Source: Syntrophaceae bacterium UBA4054
Lineage (GTDB): Bacteria; Desulfobacterota; Syntrophia; Syntrophales; UBA4778
NCBI GenBank assembly: GCA_002383495.1
Contig: DFZO01000029.1
Span: forward strand, 1,039-65,038
Direction: 5' to 3'
DNA: 64,000 nt
Numbering within the stretch: position 1 is the stretch's first letter; the number at the start of each line of letters is the position of its first letter. The notes beneath the pieces were generated by a model. It was not told the DNA's origin, did no database searches, and saw only the letters and a list, made by a program, of their open reading frames with translations. The translations under genes were made by a program, and so were the position numbers. Below, piece by piece: positions 13,935-23,132 of the stretch.

Positions 13935-14471
13935 CTAACTCAGCAGTTCATATCCCGCCGTGAATGCTTTCCGGTTGACATCCATGATGGATTTCTTCTT
14001 TTCTCCCATGATTTTCTTCAGGCTCTTCAGATAGGCATCCGGAGAGATCCGCCCCGTCTTTTTGACATAGGCTCCCATGACGACAATGTTCTGAACCCTT
14101 GGGTTGCCGAGTTCCGTAGCGATCTCACCGGCGGGGATCTCACAGATTTCCAGATCTTTGCGGGTGGGACGGGCCTCGATAATCGAGGAATTCAAAAAAA
14201 TCACTCCGCCCAGGGTGATCCGGTTTTGAAACATGTACAGAGAGGGGTTGTTCATTACCACGAGATAATCGGGTTCCGAGGCGATGGGGGAGGCGATCTC
14301 GTCATCCGATACGGCAACCGTGCAGTTGGCCGTTCCGCCCCGGACCTCCGCGCCATAGGACGGGAGGTAGGTCACTTCGTATCCTTCATTCATCGCGGCG
14401 TGGGCATAGCTATACCCCATCATCAGGACACCCTGCCCTCCAAAGCCGGCAAATATCGTTTTGGTCATCAT
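13935..14471 (-). CDS. 2-oxoacid:ferredoxin oxidoreductase gamma subunit (Kor/Vor/Por-type)
   Basis: 178 aa. N-terminus FAGFGGQGVLMMG is typical of gamma subunits. Substrate is not assignable. Confidence 0.85.
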   Translation of the reverse strand: MMTKTIFAGFGGQGVLMMGYSYAHAAMNEGYEVTYLPSYGAEVRGGTANCTVAVSDDEIASPIASEPDYLVVMNNPSLYMFQNRITLGGVIFLNSSIIEARPTRKDLEICEIPAGEIATELGNPRVQNIVVMGAYVKKTGRISPDAYLKSLKKIMGEKKKSIMDVNRKAFTAGYELLS

Positions 14472-14475
14472 GGGC

Positions 14476-15222
14476 TCAACCTTTTCCTTTTATGTCCTTG
14501 ATCACGCCGGGCGGGAAGGACAGGGCCATGACCTCATCGATCCACTTGCAGGCATCTATGGGCGTCATTTTCCAGTTGGTCGGACATTGAGAGAGGACTT
14601 CCACCATGGTGAAACCCACATCGTCCATCTGGTACTGGAAGGCTTTTTTGATGGCTCTTCGGGTCCGGATGATGTTGGCCGGGGTATTGACGGCGCATCG
14701 CTCAATGTATTTCGTGCCTTCAAGCAGAGCCAGAATCTCGCTCATGCGCACCGGATAACCGTCGAGGATGGCGTTCCTGCCGGGGGGAGAAGTCGTGGAA
14801 GCCTGTCCCAGAAGAGTGGTGGGCGCCATCTGTCCGCCCGTCATGCCGTATACGGCATTGTTGATGAAGATGACCGTTATGTTTTCGCCCCGGTTCGCGG
14901 CGTGAAACGTCTCAGCCGTCCCTATGGCGGCCAGGTCCCCGTCTCCCTGATAGGAAAAAATGAGTTTGTCCGGCAGCGTCCGCTTCATGCCTGTCGCCAC
15001 GGCACAGCCCCTGCCGTGGGGAGCTTCCAGCATGTCGATGTCAAAGTAGTTGTATGCAAGCACGGCGCATCCCGCCGGCGGGATGCCGATCGCAATGTCC
15101 CGGATCCCCATTTCGTCGATCACTTCCGCAATCAATCGGTGGGTGATGCTGTGGCCGCATCCGGCACAGTAGTGAAAGATCGCGTCCTTCAGTGATTCCG
15201 GTTTCCCAAAAACCTTCTTCAT
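14476..15222 (-). CDS. 2-oxoacid:ferredoxin oxidoreductase beta subunit (TPP-binding)
   Basis: 248 aa. Cys cluster HYCAGCGH and TPP motif SYQGDGDLAAIG...NNAVYGMTGGQ. Confidence 0.88.
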   Translation of the reverse strand: MKKVFGKPESLKDAIFHYCAGCGHSITHRLIAEVIDEMGIRDIAIGIPPAGCAVLAYNYFDIDMLEAPHGRGCAVATGMKRTLPDKLIFSYQGDGDLAAIGTAETFHAANRGENITVIFINNAVYGMTGGQMAPTTLLGQASTTSPPGRNAILDGYPVRMSEILALLEGTKYIERCAVNTPANIIRTRRAIKKAFQYQMDDVGFTMVEVLSQCPTNWKMTPIDACKWIDEVMALSFPPGVIKDIKGKG

Positions 15223-15245
15223 GATTCTTCAGAATCCTTTAATTT

Positions 15246-16331
15246 TCAATCCTCATCCAGGGACCGATTATTATTGTAATGATGAGCGATGACTTTCGCC
15301 AGTTCCACCGGCGTCGGCACAACACCACCGGGCCTGCCGTAAAAATGGACATGGCCGCGTCCATTGAGGGCGAGCTTGACATCGTCGAGCATCTGGCCGG
15401 TGTTCATCTCAAAGACAAGGAAGTTTTCCACCTTGTCCGAGAATTCCCGAATTACGTGGTCCGGGAAAGGCCACAGGGTGATGGGCCTGATGAGACCAAC
15501 CTTCATGCCCGCCTCCCGGGATCTCTTGATGGCGCCCTTCGCGATCCTTGCCGCCGTTCCATAGGCGATGATCAGAAGATCCGCGTCCTCCGTCCTGGAG
15601 ATCTCGCAGCGCTTTTCTCTCTGTTCAATGGCCTGGTACTTCCGGTGGAGTTTCCAGTTGTGCTCCTCCATCTTGAGGGCGTCCAGGATCAGGCCCCGGA
15701 TGAATCTGCTCCTGCCCTTGCCCGCGCCCTTCAGGACATAACTTTCATCGTACTTTCTGGGCCTGGGTTCTCCGAAGACGACGGGTTCCATCATCTGTCC
15801 GATCATTCCGTCCGCCAGAATCAGCACCGGGTTCCTGTACTTGTCCGCGAGATCGAAGGCATCCATGGTCAAATCGGCAAGTTCCTGTACGGAGTCCGGC
15901 GCCAGCACGATGGTCCGGTAATCCCCATGCCCGCCTCCGCGGGTGGCCTGATAATAATCTCCCTGTGAGGGAAGGATATTCCCGAGACCGGGCCCTCCCC
16001 GCATGATATTGACGATGACGCCGGGAAGCTCATCGGCGGCCATGGACGAGATGCCTTCCTGCTTAAGCGAGATGCCGGGACTGGACGATGAAGTCATGGC
16101 CCGGGCGCCCGCGGCGCTCGCTCCCAGAATCATGTTGATGGCCGCGATTTCGCTTTCCGCCTGGATGAAGGTTCCCCCTTCCACCTTGCGGATATTTTCC
16201 GCCATGTATTCCGTCAGTTCATTCTGTGGCGTGATGGGATAGCCGGCATAGAACCGGCAACCGGCCCGTATCGCCGCTTCCCCGATGACATGGTTTCCCT
16301 GGATGAGGATCTTGTTCACGATAAGCTTCAA
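15246..16331 (-). CDS. 2-oxoacid:ferredoxin oxidoreductase alpha subunit
   Basis: 361 aa. Motif QGNHVIGEAAIRAGCRFYAGYPITPQNE. TTG start at 16331 (GTG 16319 is an alternative). Confidence 0.88.
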   Translation of the reverse strand: MKLIVNKILIQGNHVIGEAAIRAGCRFYAGYPITPQNELTEYMAENIRKVEGGTFIQAESEIAAINMILGASAAGARAMTSSSSPGISLKQEGISSMAADELPGVIVNIMRGGPGLGNILPSQGDYYQATRGGGHGDYRTIVLAPDSVQELADLTMDAFDLADKYRNPVLILADGMIGQMMEPVVFGEPRPRKYDESYVLKGAGKGRSRFIRGLILDALKMEEHNWKLHRKYQAIEQREKRCEISRTEDADLLIIAYGTAARIAKGAIKRSREAGMKVGLIRPITLWPFPDHVIREFSDKVENFLVFEMNTGQMLDDVKLALNGRGHVHFYGRPGGVVPTPVELAKVIAHHYNNNRSLDED

Positions 16332-16612
16332 ATCCTTTAATTACAATCAATTGTCTCTCTAGTCATTCAACTGCGCGTCGTGTCTTCTGCCATCCCCGCC
16401 TTTGCCGGGGCCGGGCGCAACTGAGGGTGCTTCTATCTTTTATGCCTGCGAATTGCAACAAAAATTTGAAAGACCCGCCCAATTTTGCGGGCATTTTTGC
16501 CCGCTTATTCCAAATATCGGCCGAAATGGTAATTTGCATCACATTCTTTTTTATTTTTCTTAATTATGTTATAAGAAAAGAAAAGTCTATGTGTTCGTCC
16601 CTGGAGATATCC

Positions 16613-17053
16613 ATGCCGATTCTTAACCGGGTAAATCGTCTTGAGCGGGCTTTTGTCTGGTGTGCGATTCTATTCATTGCAGCGATTGTCTTCAATGGAC
16701 CGGTTAACGCGGACTCCCTCTACCGCTATGTGGACGAGGATGGGAACGTGAACTTCACGGATGATCCTTCCGACCCGAGATATAAATACACGCCCATCAG
16801 GACATATGAAGGCGAGCAGGAAAATGTCGAGACGGAGAATGCTCAAAAGGCGAAGCCGGAAGCAACGAAAGCCGCCCTGAAAGGGGGATTGACGCCGGAA
16901 GAGGCTACGGAGAAAGAAAGGATCGTCAACAAGATCGCGGAGCTTGAAAAAATAAAAAGCGAAACGGAAAACGAGAAGTACCAGGCCATGCTGCAGAGCG
17001 AACTCGACATGCTGAACGATCAATTGAAAGAGTTGAACAAAAAGAGCAAATAA
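16613..17053 (+). CDS. DUF4124-like secreted coiled-coil protein
   Basis: ATG 16613 follows GGAGA. Signal-like N-terminus (AFVWCAILFIAAIVFNGPVNA), then DSLYRYVDEDGNVNFTDDP (DUF4124 signature as I remember it) and a Glu/Lys-rich coiled-coil tail. The upstream part of the track ORF (16427-) is AT-rich and non-coding in appearance. Confidence 0.6.
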   Translation: MPILNRVNRLERAFVWCAILFIAAIVFNGPVNADSLYRYVDEDGNVNFTDDPSDPRYKYTPIRTYEGEQENVETENAQKAKPEATKAALKGGLTPEEATEKERIVNKIAELEKIKSETENEKYQAMLQSELDMLNDQLKELNKKSK

Positions 17054-17113
17054 GGAAGTGTCCGGAGGGTCATTCTGAAACAAACCTTTTTATTCATTCG
17101 CAGCGGAGACGAT

Positions 17114-18271
17114 ATGAAAACATCAATAAAAAATGAAAAGGGGATCGTTCTTGTCGTTGCCCTGATCATGCTGACCGTGTTGATTCTGCTCGGCACGACC
17201 GCGATCATGACGTCCAGTTCGGACCTGAAAATAAGCTCCAACTTCGTGTCGGGCACACAGGCCTTTTACGTCGCCGACGCCGGAATGGAGCGCGCCAAGA
17301 TCTCCCTAAACGCGGTCACGGACATCAACACCGTGCTGGCCAGCGGCGTCTTGGGCTTCGGGTCCTCCGTGAGTTTCGGGGGCGGGGCCTACAGCGTGGT
17401 CGTGGCAAACAACGCCGGTGACGCCGGTGGCGCGTCCACGGACACGGACAGCTACGTGGTCGTCACCTCCACGGGGACATCGGCGGGCGGCGGGAAAAGG
17501 GTCCTGGAAGCTGTCTTTTACAAGCCGGTTGTGAATCCCCCGGGGATAAGGGGCGCCGTCACGGCCAACTACAACGTGGGAACCCTCGGGACCATGGTTG
17601 TCGACGGTCGCGACCATGACATTGACGGCAACTTGCTGGGCGGGACCACCAGCCTGTTAGGAGTGAGTTCAAAGGGTGATATCACCGAAGGAGGAAATTC
17701 CATGATCGGCGGGGAGGCCCCAGACGGAACACTTGTCGCGCCGACCAAGACGGGAAGCTTTGGTCCGCCGGCGACAGGATGGGCGGAGTCCTGCGAGAGA
17801 AATGCAACCTGGACGGCACCCCTGACGCCTGATGCTGCGCTGGGGTGGCCGGAAGGCACATTAAAAAGGATCGCCCAGAGCGGCTACGGGGGATCGCAAT
17901 ACACGACCAACCCCTCGACTCTGACCCTGCCGTTTTCCGGCGTGACCTTCGTGGAGATCCCTGCCGGGCAGGACTGGCAAGCCGTCGATTTCGGTGAGAG
18001 CTCCGGAATACTGATCGTCCACAACAACACGAGAAATGCCGTTATTGAGAACACAAATCAGGGGCGATTCAAAGGCGTTATCCTTGCCGACGATTACGTG
18101 CACGTTCACAATCAGATCATTGGAGCGGTGGTCAACCTGACCACGAATCCTTCGGCAGGGAACTGCATAGGGAACGGAACCGGGAGCGTGCTCTACAGCA
18201 AAACAGCGGTGGACAACGCCCTGAACGCGGTGGCTCAGTGGACGCGGGTCTCCTGGCGTGAGGTCTATTGA
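17114..18271 (+). CDS. PilX_N-domain pilus protein, paralogue 1 (385 aa)
   Basis: N-terminus NEKGIVLVVALIMLTVLILLGTTAIMTSSSDLKISSN matches the PilX N-terminal pattern and has no G/FTLIE cleavage motif. About 70% identical to the next gene. Contains DGRDHDIDGN. Confidence 0.75.
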   Translation: MKTSIKNEKGIVLVVALIMLTVLILLGTTAIMTSSSDLKISSNFVSGTQAFYVADAGMERAKISLNAVTDINTVLASGVLGFGSSVSFGGGAYSVVVANNAGDAGGASTDTDSYVVVTSTGTSAGGGKRVLEAVFYKPVVNPPGIRGAVTANYNVGTLGTMVVDGRDHDIDGNLLGGTTSLLGVSSKGDITEGGNSMIGGEAPDGTLVAPTKTGSFGPPATGWAESCERNATWTAPLTPDAALGWPEGTLKRIAQSGYGGSQYTTNPSTLTLPFSGVTFVEIPAGQDWQAVDFGESSGILIVHNNTRNAVIENTNQGRFKGVILADDYVHVHNQIIGAVVNLTTNPSAGNCIGNGTGSVLYSKTAVDNALNAVAQWTRVSWREVY

Positions 18272-18346
18272 CGTGACCCCATAGCGACCGGAAGGGTTTG
18301 AAACGGGTTAATCTTTTAATGACTGATTAAACGCGGCGAATCTGAC

Positions 18347-19510
18347 ATGAAAACACCTTTGCAAAATGAAAGAGGGATCGCCCTTGTGGTGGCCCTCATC
18401 ATCCTGACCGTTCTGGTTCTCGTCGGCGCCATTGCGATCATGACGTCCACGACGGATTTGAATATCAGCGCCAACTACAAGGCGGGAAATGAGGCGCTGT
18501 ACGTTGCGGAAGCGGGTCTGGAACGGGCCAGGGCTTACCTGAAAACGGTCACGAATATGGATTCCGTTTTGACAACCAACGGCGGCATGCCCTTTGGCCT
18601 GACACCCGTGAGTTTCGGCAGCGGTACTTACAGTGTTGTCGTGACGAATAATACAGGTGATGCCGGCGGCGCCTCCCATGACAGCGATAACACCGTGGTT
18701 GTCACGTCCACGGGGACGTCGACGGGCGGCGGGAAGAGGGTCATCGAGGCGGTCTTCATCAAACCCACGACAAACCCGCCGGGGATACGGGGCGCTGTCA
18801 CGGCCAATTATAACGTGGGGACGCTTGGAACGATGGTTGTGGACGGCCGTGATCACGACATCGACGGGAATCTCATAACGCCGGCGACGGGAATGCTGGG
18901 GGTCAGCTCGCGGGGTGCGATCACCGAAGGGGGGAATTCCAAGATCGGGGGCATGGCCCCCGATGGGACGGAAGTCGTCCCCACGAAGACGGGAACCTTT
19001 GGTCCGCCGGTGACAGGATGGGCATCGTCTTGTGAGCAGAACGCCTCCTGGACGGCGCCCGCGACGCCTGATGCTGCACTGGGGTGGCCCGAAGGCACAT
19101 TGAAAAAAATCGCCCAGAGCGGCGCCGCCGGATCGCGTTACCTGACCAACCCCGCGAGCCTGACCCTTCCCCTTTCCGGCGTGACCTACGTTGAGCTCCC
19201 TTCCGGGAGCGTCTGGGAGGCAGTGGATTTCGGGAACAGCACAGGCATACTGATCGTACACAACAGCAGCACGAACGCCATCATGAAGAACACGAACAGC
19301 GGCACCTTCAAGGGCGTCATCATCGTGGATGATCTGATCAATGTTCACAACGATATCATCGGGGCCGAGATCAATCTGACCAGCAACCCGTCCGAGGGGA
19401 GTTGCATAGGCAACGGCACCGGAAAACTCGTCTACAGCCAGACGGCGGTGTACAATGCCCTGAACGCCGTGTCTCAATGGACCATGACTTCCTGGCGGGA
19501 GGTCTACTGA
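18347..19510 (+). CDS. PilX_N-domain pilus protein, paralogue 2 (387 aa)
   Basis: N-terminus NERGIALVVALIILTVLVLVGAIAIMTSTTDLNISAN. Collinear with paralogue 1 along the full length. Two conserved Cys. Confidence 0.75.
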   Translation: MKTPLQNERGIALVVALIILTVLVLVGAIAIMTSTTDLNISANYKAGNEALYVAEAGLERARAYLKTVTNMDSVLTTNGGMPFGLTPVSFGSGTYSVVVTNNTGDAGGASHDSDNTVVVTSTGTSTGGGKRVIEAVFIKPTTNPPGIRGAVTANYNVGTLGTMVVDGRDHDIDGNLITPATGMLGVSSRGAITEGGNSKIGGMAPDGTEVVPTKTGTFGPPVTGWASSCEQNASWTAPATPDAALGWPEGTLKKIAQSGAAGSRYLTNPASLTLPLSGVTYVELPSGSVWEAVDFGNSTGILIVHNSSTNAIMKNTNSGTFKGVIIVDDLINVHNDIIGAEINLTSNPSEGSCIGNGTGKLVYSQTAVYNALNAVSQWTMTSWREVY

Positions 19511-19536
19511 TAGACGGGTTTTGAGAAGAGTTCCAG

Positions 19537-19797
19537 TTATTCGCGGTAGGTCTCGATAGCGACTTCCGGGCAGGTGATGGCGCAGAGGGTGCACCCAGTG
19601 CACTCCTCGGGTTTCTCAAATCTGACGGGATGGTATCCCTTTGAGTTGAATTCGTTTGTGGTAACGATCAGCCCCTTCTTGCAGGCGTAAATGCAGAGAT
19701 GACACTCCTTGCATAATTCCCTGTCGATTTCAATGTACCCCTTCAACGTCAGCAGGTCTCCTTTTCTTGAAATGTCAAATTCGTGACGCGAGTGCAT
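19537..19797 (-). CDS. 4Fe-4S dicluster ferredoxin, delta-subunit type of 2-oxoacid:ferredoxin oxidoreductases
   Basis: Two CxxCxxCxxxC(P) motifs (CKECHLCIYAC, CTGCTLCAITCP) separated by NSKGYHP, as in KorD/PorD-like proteins that normally precede the alpha subunit. An internal AAAGGAGA suggests the true start may be TTG 19746 (MKGYIEIDREL...). Confidence 0.8.
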   Translation of the reverse strand: MHSRHEFDISRKGDLLTLKGYIEIDRELCKECHLCIYACKKGLIVTTNEFNSKGYHPVRFEKPEECTGCTLCAITCPEVAIETYRE

Positions 19798-19946
19798 TGC
19801 GAATAGCGCATATCCGGGTAGTTGTCAAATTGTTTTTAGAAAGACCGGAGAATTTTCGTGTTGCCAGCGTGAAGATAAAAGGATAGATAACCGGAAGGCA
19901 TCATTTCGAAAAAAGGGAAGGGCGAAACGGAAGCGAGGAACATCTC

Positions 19947-20939
19947 TTGTTCAATGCTCACCTGATCAATGATCCATACGGTGACCCGGGCGTCTACGTG
20001 GAATTCAAGTTCCGGCGGGAGGCTCTTCTCTTTGATCTCGGAGACCTGCATGTTCTTCCGCCGAGAAAGCTCCTGAAGATCAATCATATCTTCGTATCCC
20101 ACACCCACATGGATCACTTCATCGGCTTTGATCATCTCCTCCGGGTGTGCCTGGGCCGGGACAAGCGCCTGTCGCTCTTCGGGCCTCCCGGCTTCATCGG
20201 CAACGTGGAAAGCAAGCTGGGCGCCTATACGTGGAACCTCGTGGAGAATTACACCAATGATTTCCTGCTCTCGGTCACGGAAGTCCATCCCGACGAAAGC
20301 ATGACCAGGGAATACCGGTGTCAGGATGCCTTCCGGCCCGTGACGCCGATGGTGAGAAAAGATTTTTCAGGCATTTTCCTGGATGAGCCTTTCTTTTTCG
20401 TCAAGGGAGAATTTCTCCGGCACAAGGTTCCATCCCTCGCCTTTGCGCTGGAGGAAAAAATGAGCGTCAATATCAAGAAGAGCGAGCTTGTGGAGATGGG
20501 CCTGCCGGTCGGGCCCTGGCTGATGGAGCTGAAAGGAAGGATCCTGAGAAACGAGACGGATGAGACACCGGTAAGAGCGTGGTGGAAGGAAGGTGAAATA
20601 GTTCTGTCCCTCGGCGAATTAAGGGAGCGCGTCGTGAAGTTGACACGGGGACAGAAAATGGCCTACGTGGCGGATACCGGTTACAGCGAAGAGGACGCCG
20701 GGCGCATCGTGGATCTGGCGAGGGGTGCCGACATCCTCTTCATCGAGGCCTGCTTCCTCGATGCCGACGCGGAAAGGGCGGCGGAGAAGCATCACCTGAC
20801 GGCCCTGCAGGCGGGAAGGCTGGCCAGAAGGGCGGAAGCGAAACGGATGATCCTGTTTCATTTCTCGCCCAAGTATCAGGGCTGCGGGCATCTTCTCGAA
20901 GAGGAGGCGACGCGGGCTTTCGAGGGATCGGAGACCTGA
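19947..20939 (+). CDS. MBL-fold metallo-hydrolase (RNase Z-like)
   Basis: 330 aa. HxHxDH motif (VSHTHMDHFIG). TTG start. Confidence 0.75.
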   Translation: MFNAHLINDPYGDPGVYVEFKFRREALLFDLGDLHVLPPRKLLKINHIFVSHTHMDHFIGFDHLLRVCLGRDKRLSLFGPPGFIGNVESKLGAYTWNLVENYTNDFLLSVTEVHPDESMTREYRCQDAFRPVTPMVRKDFSGIFLDEPFFFVKGEFLRHKVPSLAFALEEKMSVNIKKSELVEMGLPVGPWLMELKGRILRNETDETPVRAWWKEGEIVLSLGELRERVVKLTRGQKMAYVADTGYSEEDAGRIVDLARGADILFIEACFLDADAERAAEKHHLTALQAGRLARRAEAKRMILFHFSPKYQGCGHLLEEEATRAFEGSET

Positions 20940-20941
20940 TA

Positions 20942-21445
20942 TCACATCCTCTCGATCTGAAATCCCTTGAGCTCAATGGCCACGGAACGCTGGAGGAGGT
21001 CGATGGAAATAACGAAGAGGTCCTTTTTTAGATCCGTTTTCAGAATAACGCCCTCGATATCCTTGAAGGGCCCGTCGACGATCCGGGCGGGTTCGCCGGC
21101 CTTCGGGTACTGGTAGGAATGAATCTCGACTTTGGACTCGATGAGGCGGCGAATGGCATCGATCTTTTCATCGGGAACCGGAATGGGCTCATGGCCGCGC
21201 GGTTTCCCCAGGATTCTGACGACGCCCGGTGTCGTGAGGACGCTTAATTTTGTATGGTTGTCCATCTGGAAGAGTTCCACGAAGAGGTACCCCGAAAACA
21301 TGGGGATCTGAATTCTTTTTCTGCGGTCTTTCCGCCTGCTCCAGACCTCCATCTTGGGCAGAAACGTGTTGATGGATTTCAGCGCCAGTCCCTTATGGAC
21401 CATGTCCTCGTGTCGGCTTCTCGTGTGAACGGCATACCAGGCCAT
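20942..21445 (-). CDS. NusG-family paralogue (specialised transcription antiterminator-like)
   Basis: NGN domain (MAWYAVHTRSRHEDMV...PMFSGYLFV...TPGVVRILG) and KOW motif (GEPARIVDGPFKDIEGVI). Start set at ATG 21445. Confidence 0.8.
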   Translation of the reverse strand: MAWYAVHTRSRHEDMVHKGLALKSINTFLPKMEVWSRRKDRRKRIQIPMFSGYLFVELFQMDNHTKLSVLTTPGVVRILGKPRGHEPIPVPDEKIDAIRRLIESKVEIHSYQYPKAGEPARIVDGPFKDIEGVILKTDLKKDLFVISIDLLQRSVAIELKGFQIERM

Positions 21446-21521
21446 CAGCATACTCCTTTGGAGGAGATATATAGACAATATTTCATTTTCAGGCAATGGC
21501 TATTATGGGGCGCTGTAAAAG

Positions 21522-23132
21522 ATGATCCGTGTTTTCGACATAGTCCTGTCACTCGATGAAGGGGAAGAGCTTCTCCCGCGGAAAATATCGGACCTTCTCG
21601 GTATTTCCCCGGACGAGATCATATCGCTGAGGGTGGTGAGGCGGTCTCTGGATGCCCGCAGGAACAGGCCTCCGCGGTTTGTCTATGTGGTGGACGCGAC
21701 CTTGGCCGATGAAAAAGGGGCGCTGGAGAAAGCGGGGGAAGGGCTGAAGATCAGGCTGGTGGAAGAGGAACCTGAACGGGAGCGTTTTCTCAGGATGCCG
21801 CTTCCGGAGAAAAGGCCCATTGTGATTGGCAGCGGACCTGCCGGTCTTTTCGCTGCTCTGACACTCGCTTTAGAGGGGATTCCCGTGCTTTTGCTGGAGA
21901 GGGGACGGCCGGTCCAGGAACGCGTGGCGGATACAGTCTCTTTCTGGAGAGAGGGAATTCTGAACAGGGAGAGCAACGTCCATTTTGGCGAAGGGGGTGC
22001 GGGCACTTTTTCCGACGGCAAGCTCACCACGCGCGTCAAAAACAGGAGAACAGAATGGGTGAAAAAAACATTTGCCGATCTGGGTGCTCCATCGGAGATC
22101 CTGACGGATGCCAGGCCGCACATAGGAACCGACCGCCTGCGGCAGGTGGTGGTCCATCTGAGGCAGAGGCTTCTGGAACGGGGCTGTGAAATCCGGTTCA
22201 ATGCCAGGGTCACGGATATCATCGTCCATAAAGATTCTGTTGCGGGAATTGTGGTCAATGGGAGCGAAGAAATCCGGACAGACCATCTGATTCTCGCCAT
22301 CGGTCAGAGCGCCGTCGAGACCTACGAAAAAATCCATGAGCGGGGTATCCGCCTCGCGGCGAAACCATTTGCCATGGGCCTGAGGGTGGAGCATCCCCAG
22401 GAACTCATGAACCGGATCCAGTATGGAAAATGGTGGCCTCACGGGAATCTTCCGCCGGCGGATTATGTTCTCACGGCGAAGATTCCGGGCATGGACCGGG
22501 CGGTCTATACCTTCTGTATGTGTCCCGGAGGCGAAATCATCGGCTGCAGTTCCGCGGAAGGAGAGGTGGTCACCAACGGCATGAGCCTCTACCGGCGGGA
22601 AAGCCCCTTTGCCAACAGCGCCGTCGTCGTCAATGTGCGAGTGGAAGACTTCGCCGGTGAATCTCCTCTGAGTGGAATAAACTTACGCAGAGAGTGGGAA
22701 AAAAAGGCCTTTCTGCTGGGAGGAGGAAACTACCGCGCCCCCGCGCAGAGGCTGACCGATTTCGCGACGGGGAAAGAGAGCCGGGATATCGGCCCCACCA
22801 GTTTCCACCCTGGCGTGACCATCGTCCCCCTGAAAGAGGTTCTGCCACCCTTTGTCTGTGAAGCCTTGCGCGCGGGCCTGATGATTTTTGACAGGAAGAT
22901 GCCGGGCTTTCTCACTTCGGAGGCAAGCCTCATGGGGGTTGAAACGAGGACCTCATCGCCTGTGAGAATCGTGAGAGGGGAAGACGGACAAAGCGTGACC
23001 ATGTCGGGACTCTATCCCTGCGGCGAGGGATCCGGCTATGCGGGCGGCATCATGAGTTCAGCCTTGGACGGGATAAGGGCGGCGGAGCATGTGTTGAGGG
23101 AACTGGGCAAAGGGCTAAAGGCTAAAGGCTAA
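21522..23132 (+). CDS. FAD-dependent oxidoreductase (COG2509-like uncharacterised dehydrogenase)
   Basis: 536 aa. Dinucleotide-binding VIGSGPAGLFAAL. N-terminal ferredoxin-like extension typical of this family. The C-terminal residues GLKAKG and the stop codon are encoded by the heptamer array. Confidence 0.75.
   Translation: MIRVFDIVLSLDEGEELLPRKISDLLGISPDEIISLRVVRRSLDARRNRPPRFVYVVDATLADEKGALEKAGEGLKIRLVEEEPERERFLRMPLPEKRPIVIGSGPAGLFAALTLALEGIPVLLLERGRPVQERVADTVSFWREGILNRESNVHFGEGGAGTFSDGKLTTRVKNRRTEWVKKTFADLGAPSEILTDARPHIGTDRLRQVVVHLRQRLLERGCEIRFNARVTDIIVHKDSVAGIVVNGSEEIRTDHLILAIGQSAVETYEKIHERGIRLAAKPFAMGLRVEHPQELMNRIQYGKWWPHGNLPPADYVLTAKIPGMDRAVYTFCMCPGGEIIGCSSAEGEVVTNGMSLYRRESPFANSAVVVNVRVEDFAGESPLSGINLRREWEKKAFLLGGGNYRAPAQRLTDFATGKESRDIGPTSFHPGVTIVPLKEVLPPFVCEALRAGLMIFDRKMPGFLTSEASLMGVETRTSSPVRIVRGEDGQSVTMSGLYPCGEGSGYAGGIMSSALDGIRAAEHVLRELGKGLKAKG

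Noticed and set aside
16443-16457. Sigma-54-like TGCCTGCGAATTGCA in the AT-rich junction upstream of the DUF4124 gene.
   Set aside because: The -24 GG is replaced by GC, and the spacing to TTGCA is one nt short of the consensus.
16474-16498. Hairpin CCCGC-CCAATTTT-GCGGG followed by CATTTTT in the kor/DUF4124 junction, considered as a terminator.
   Set aside because: The stem is only 5 bp, and no upstream co-oriented gene needs terminating on the plus strand. It could be a remnant or chance structure.
16427-16612. 5' extensions of track ORFs (16427-16612 for the DUF4124 gene; 12298-12528 for the ahb-like gene).
   Set aside because: The extensions run through AT-rich or repeat-containing intergenic sequence and lack an RBS. 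Internal ATGs with Shine-Dalgarno motifs give proteins of family-typical length.
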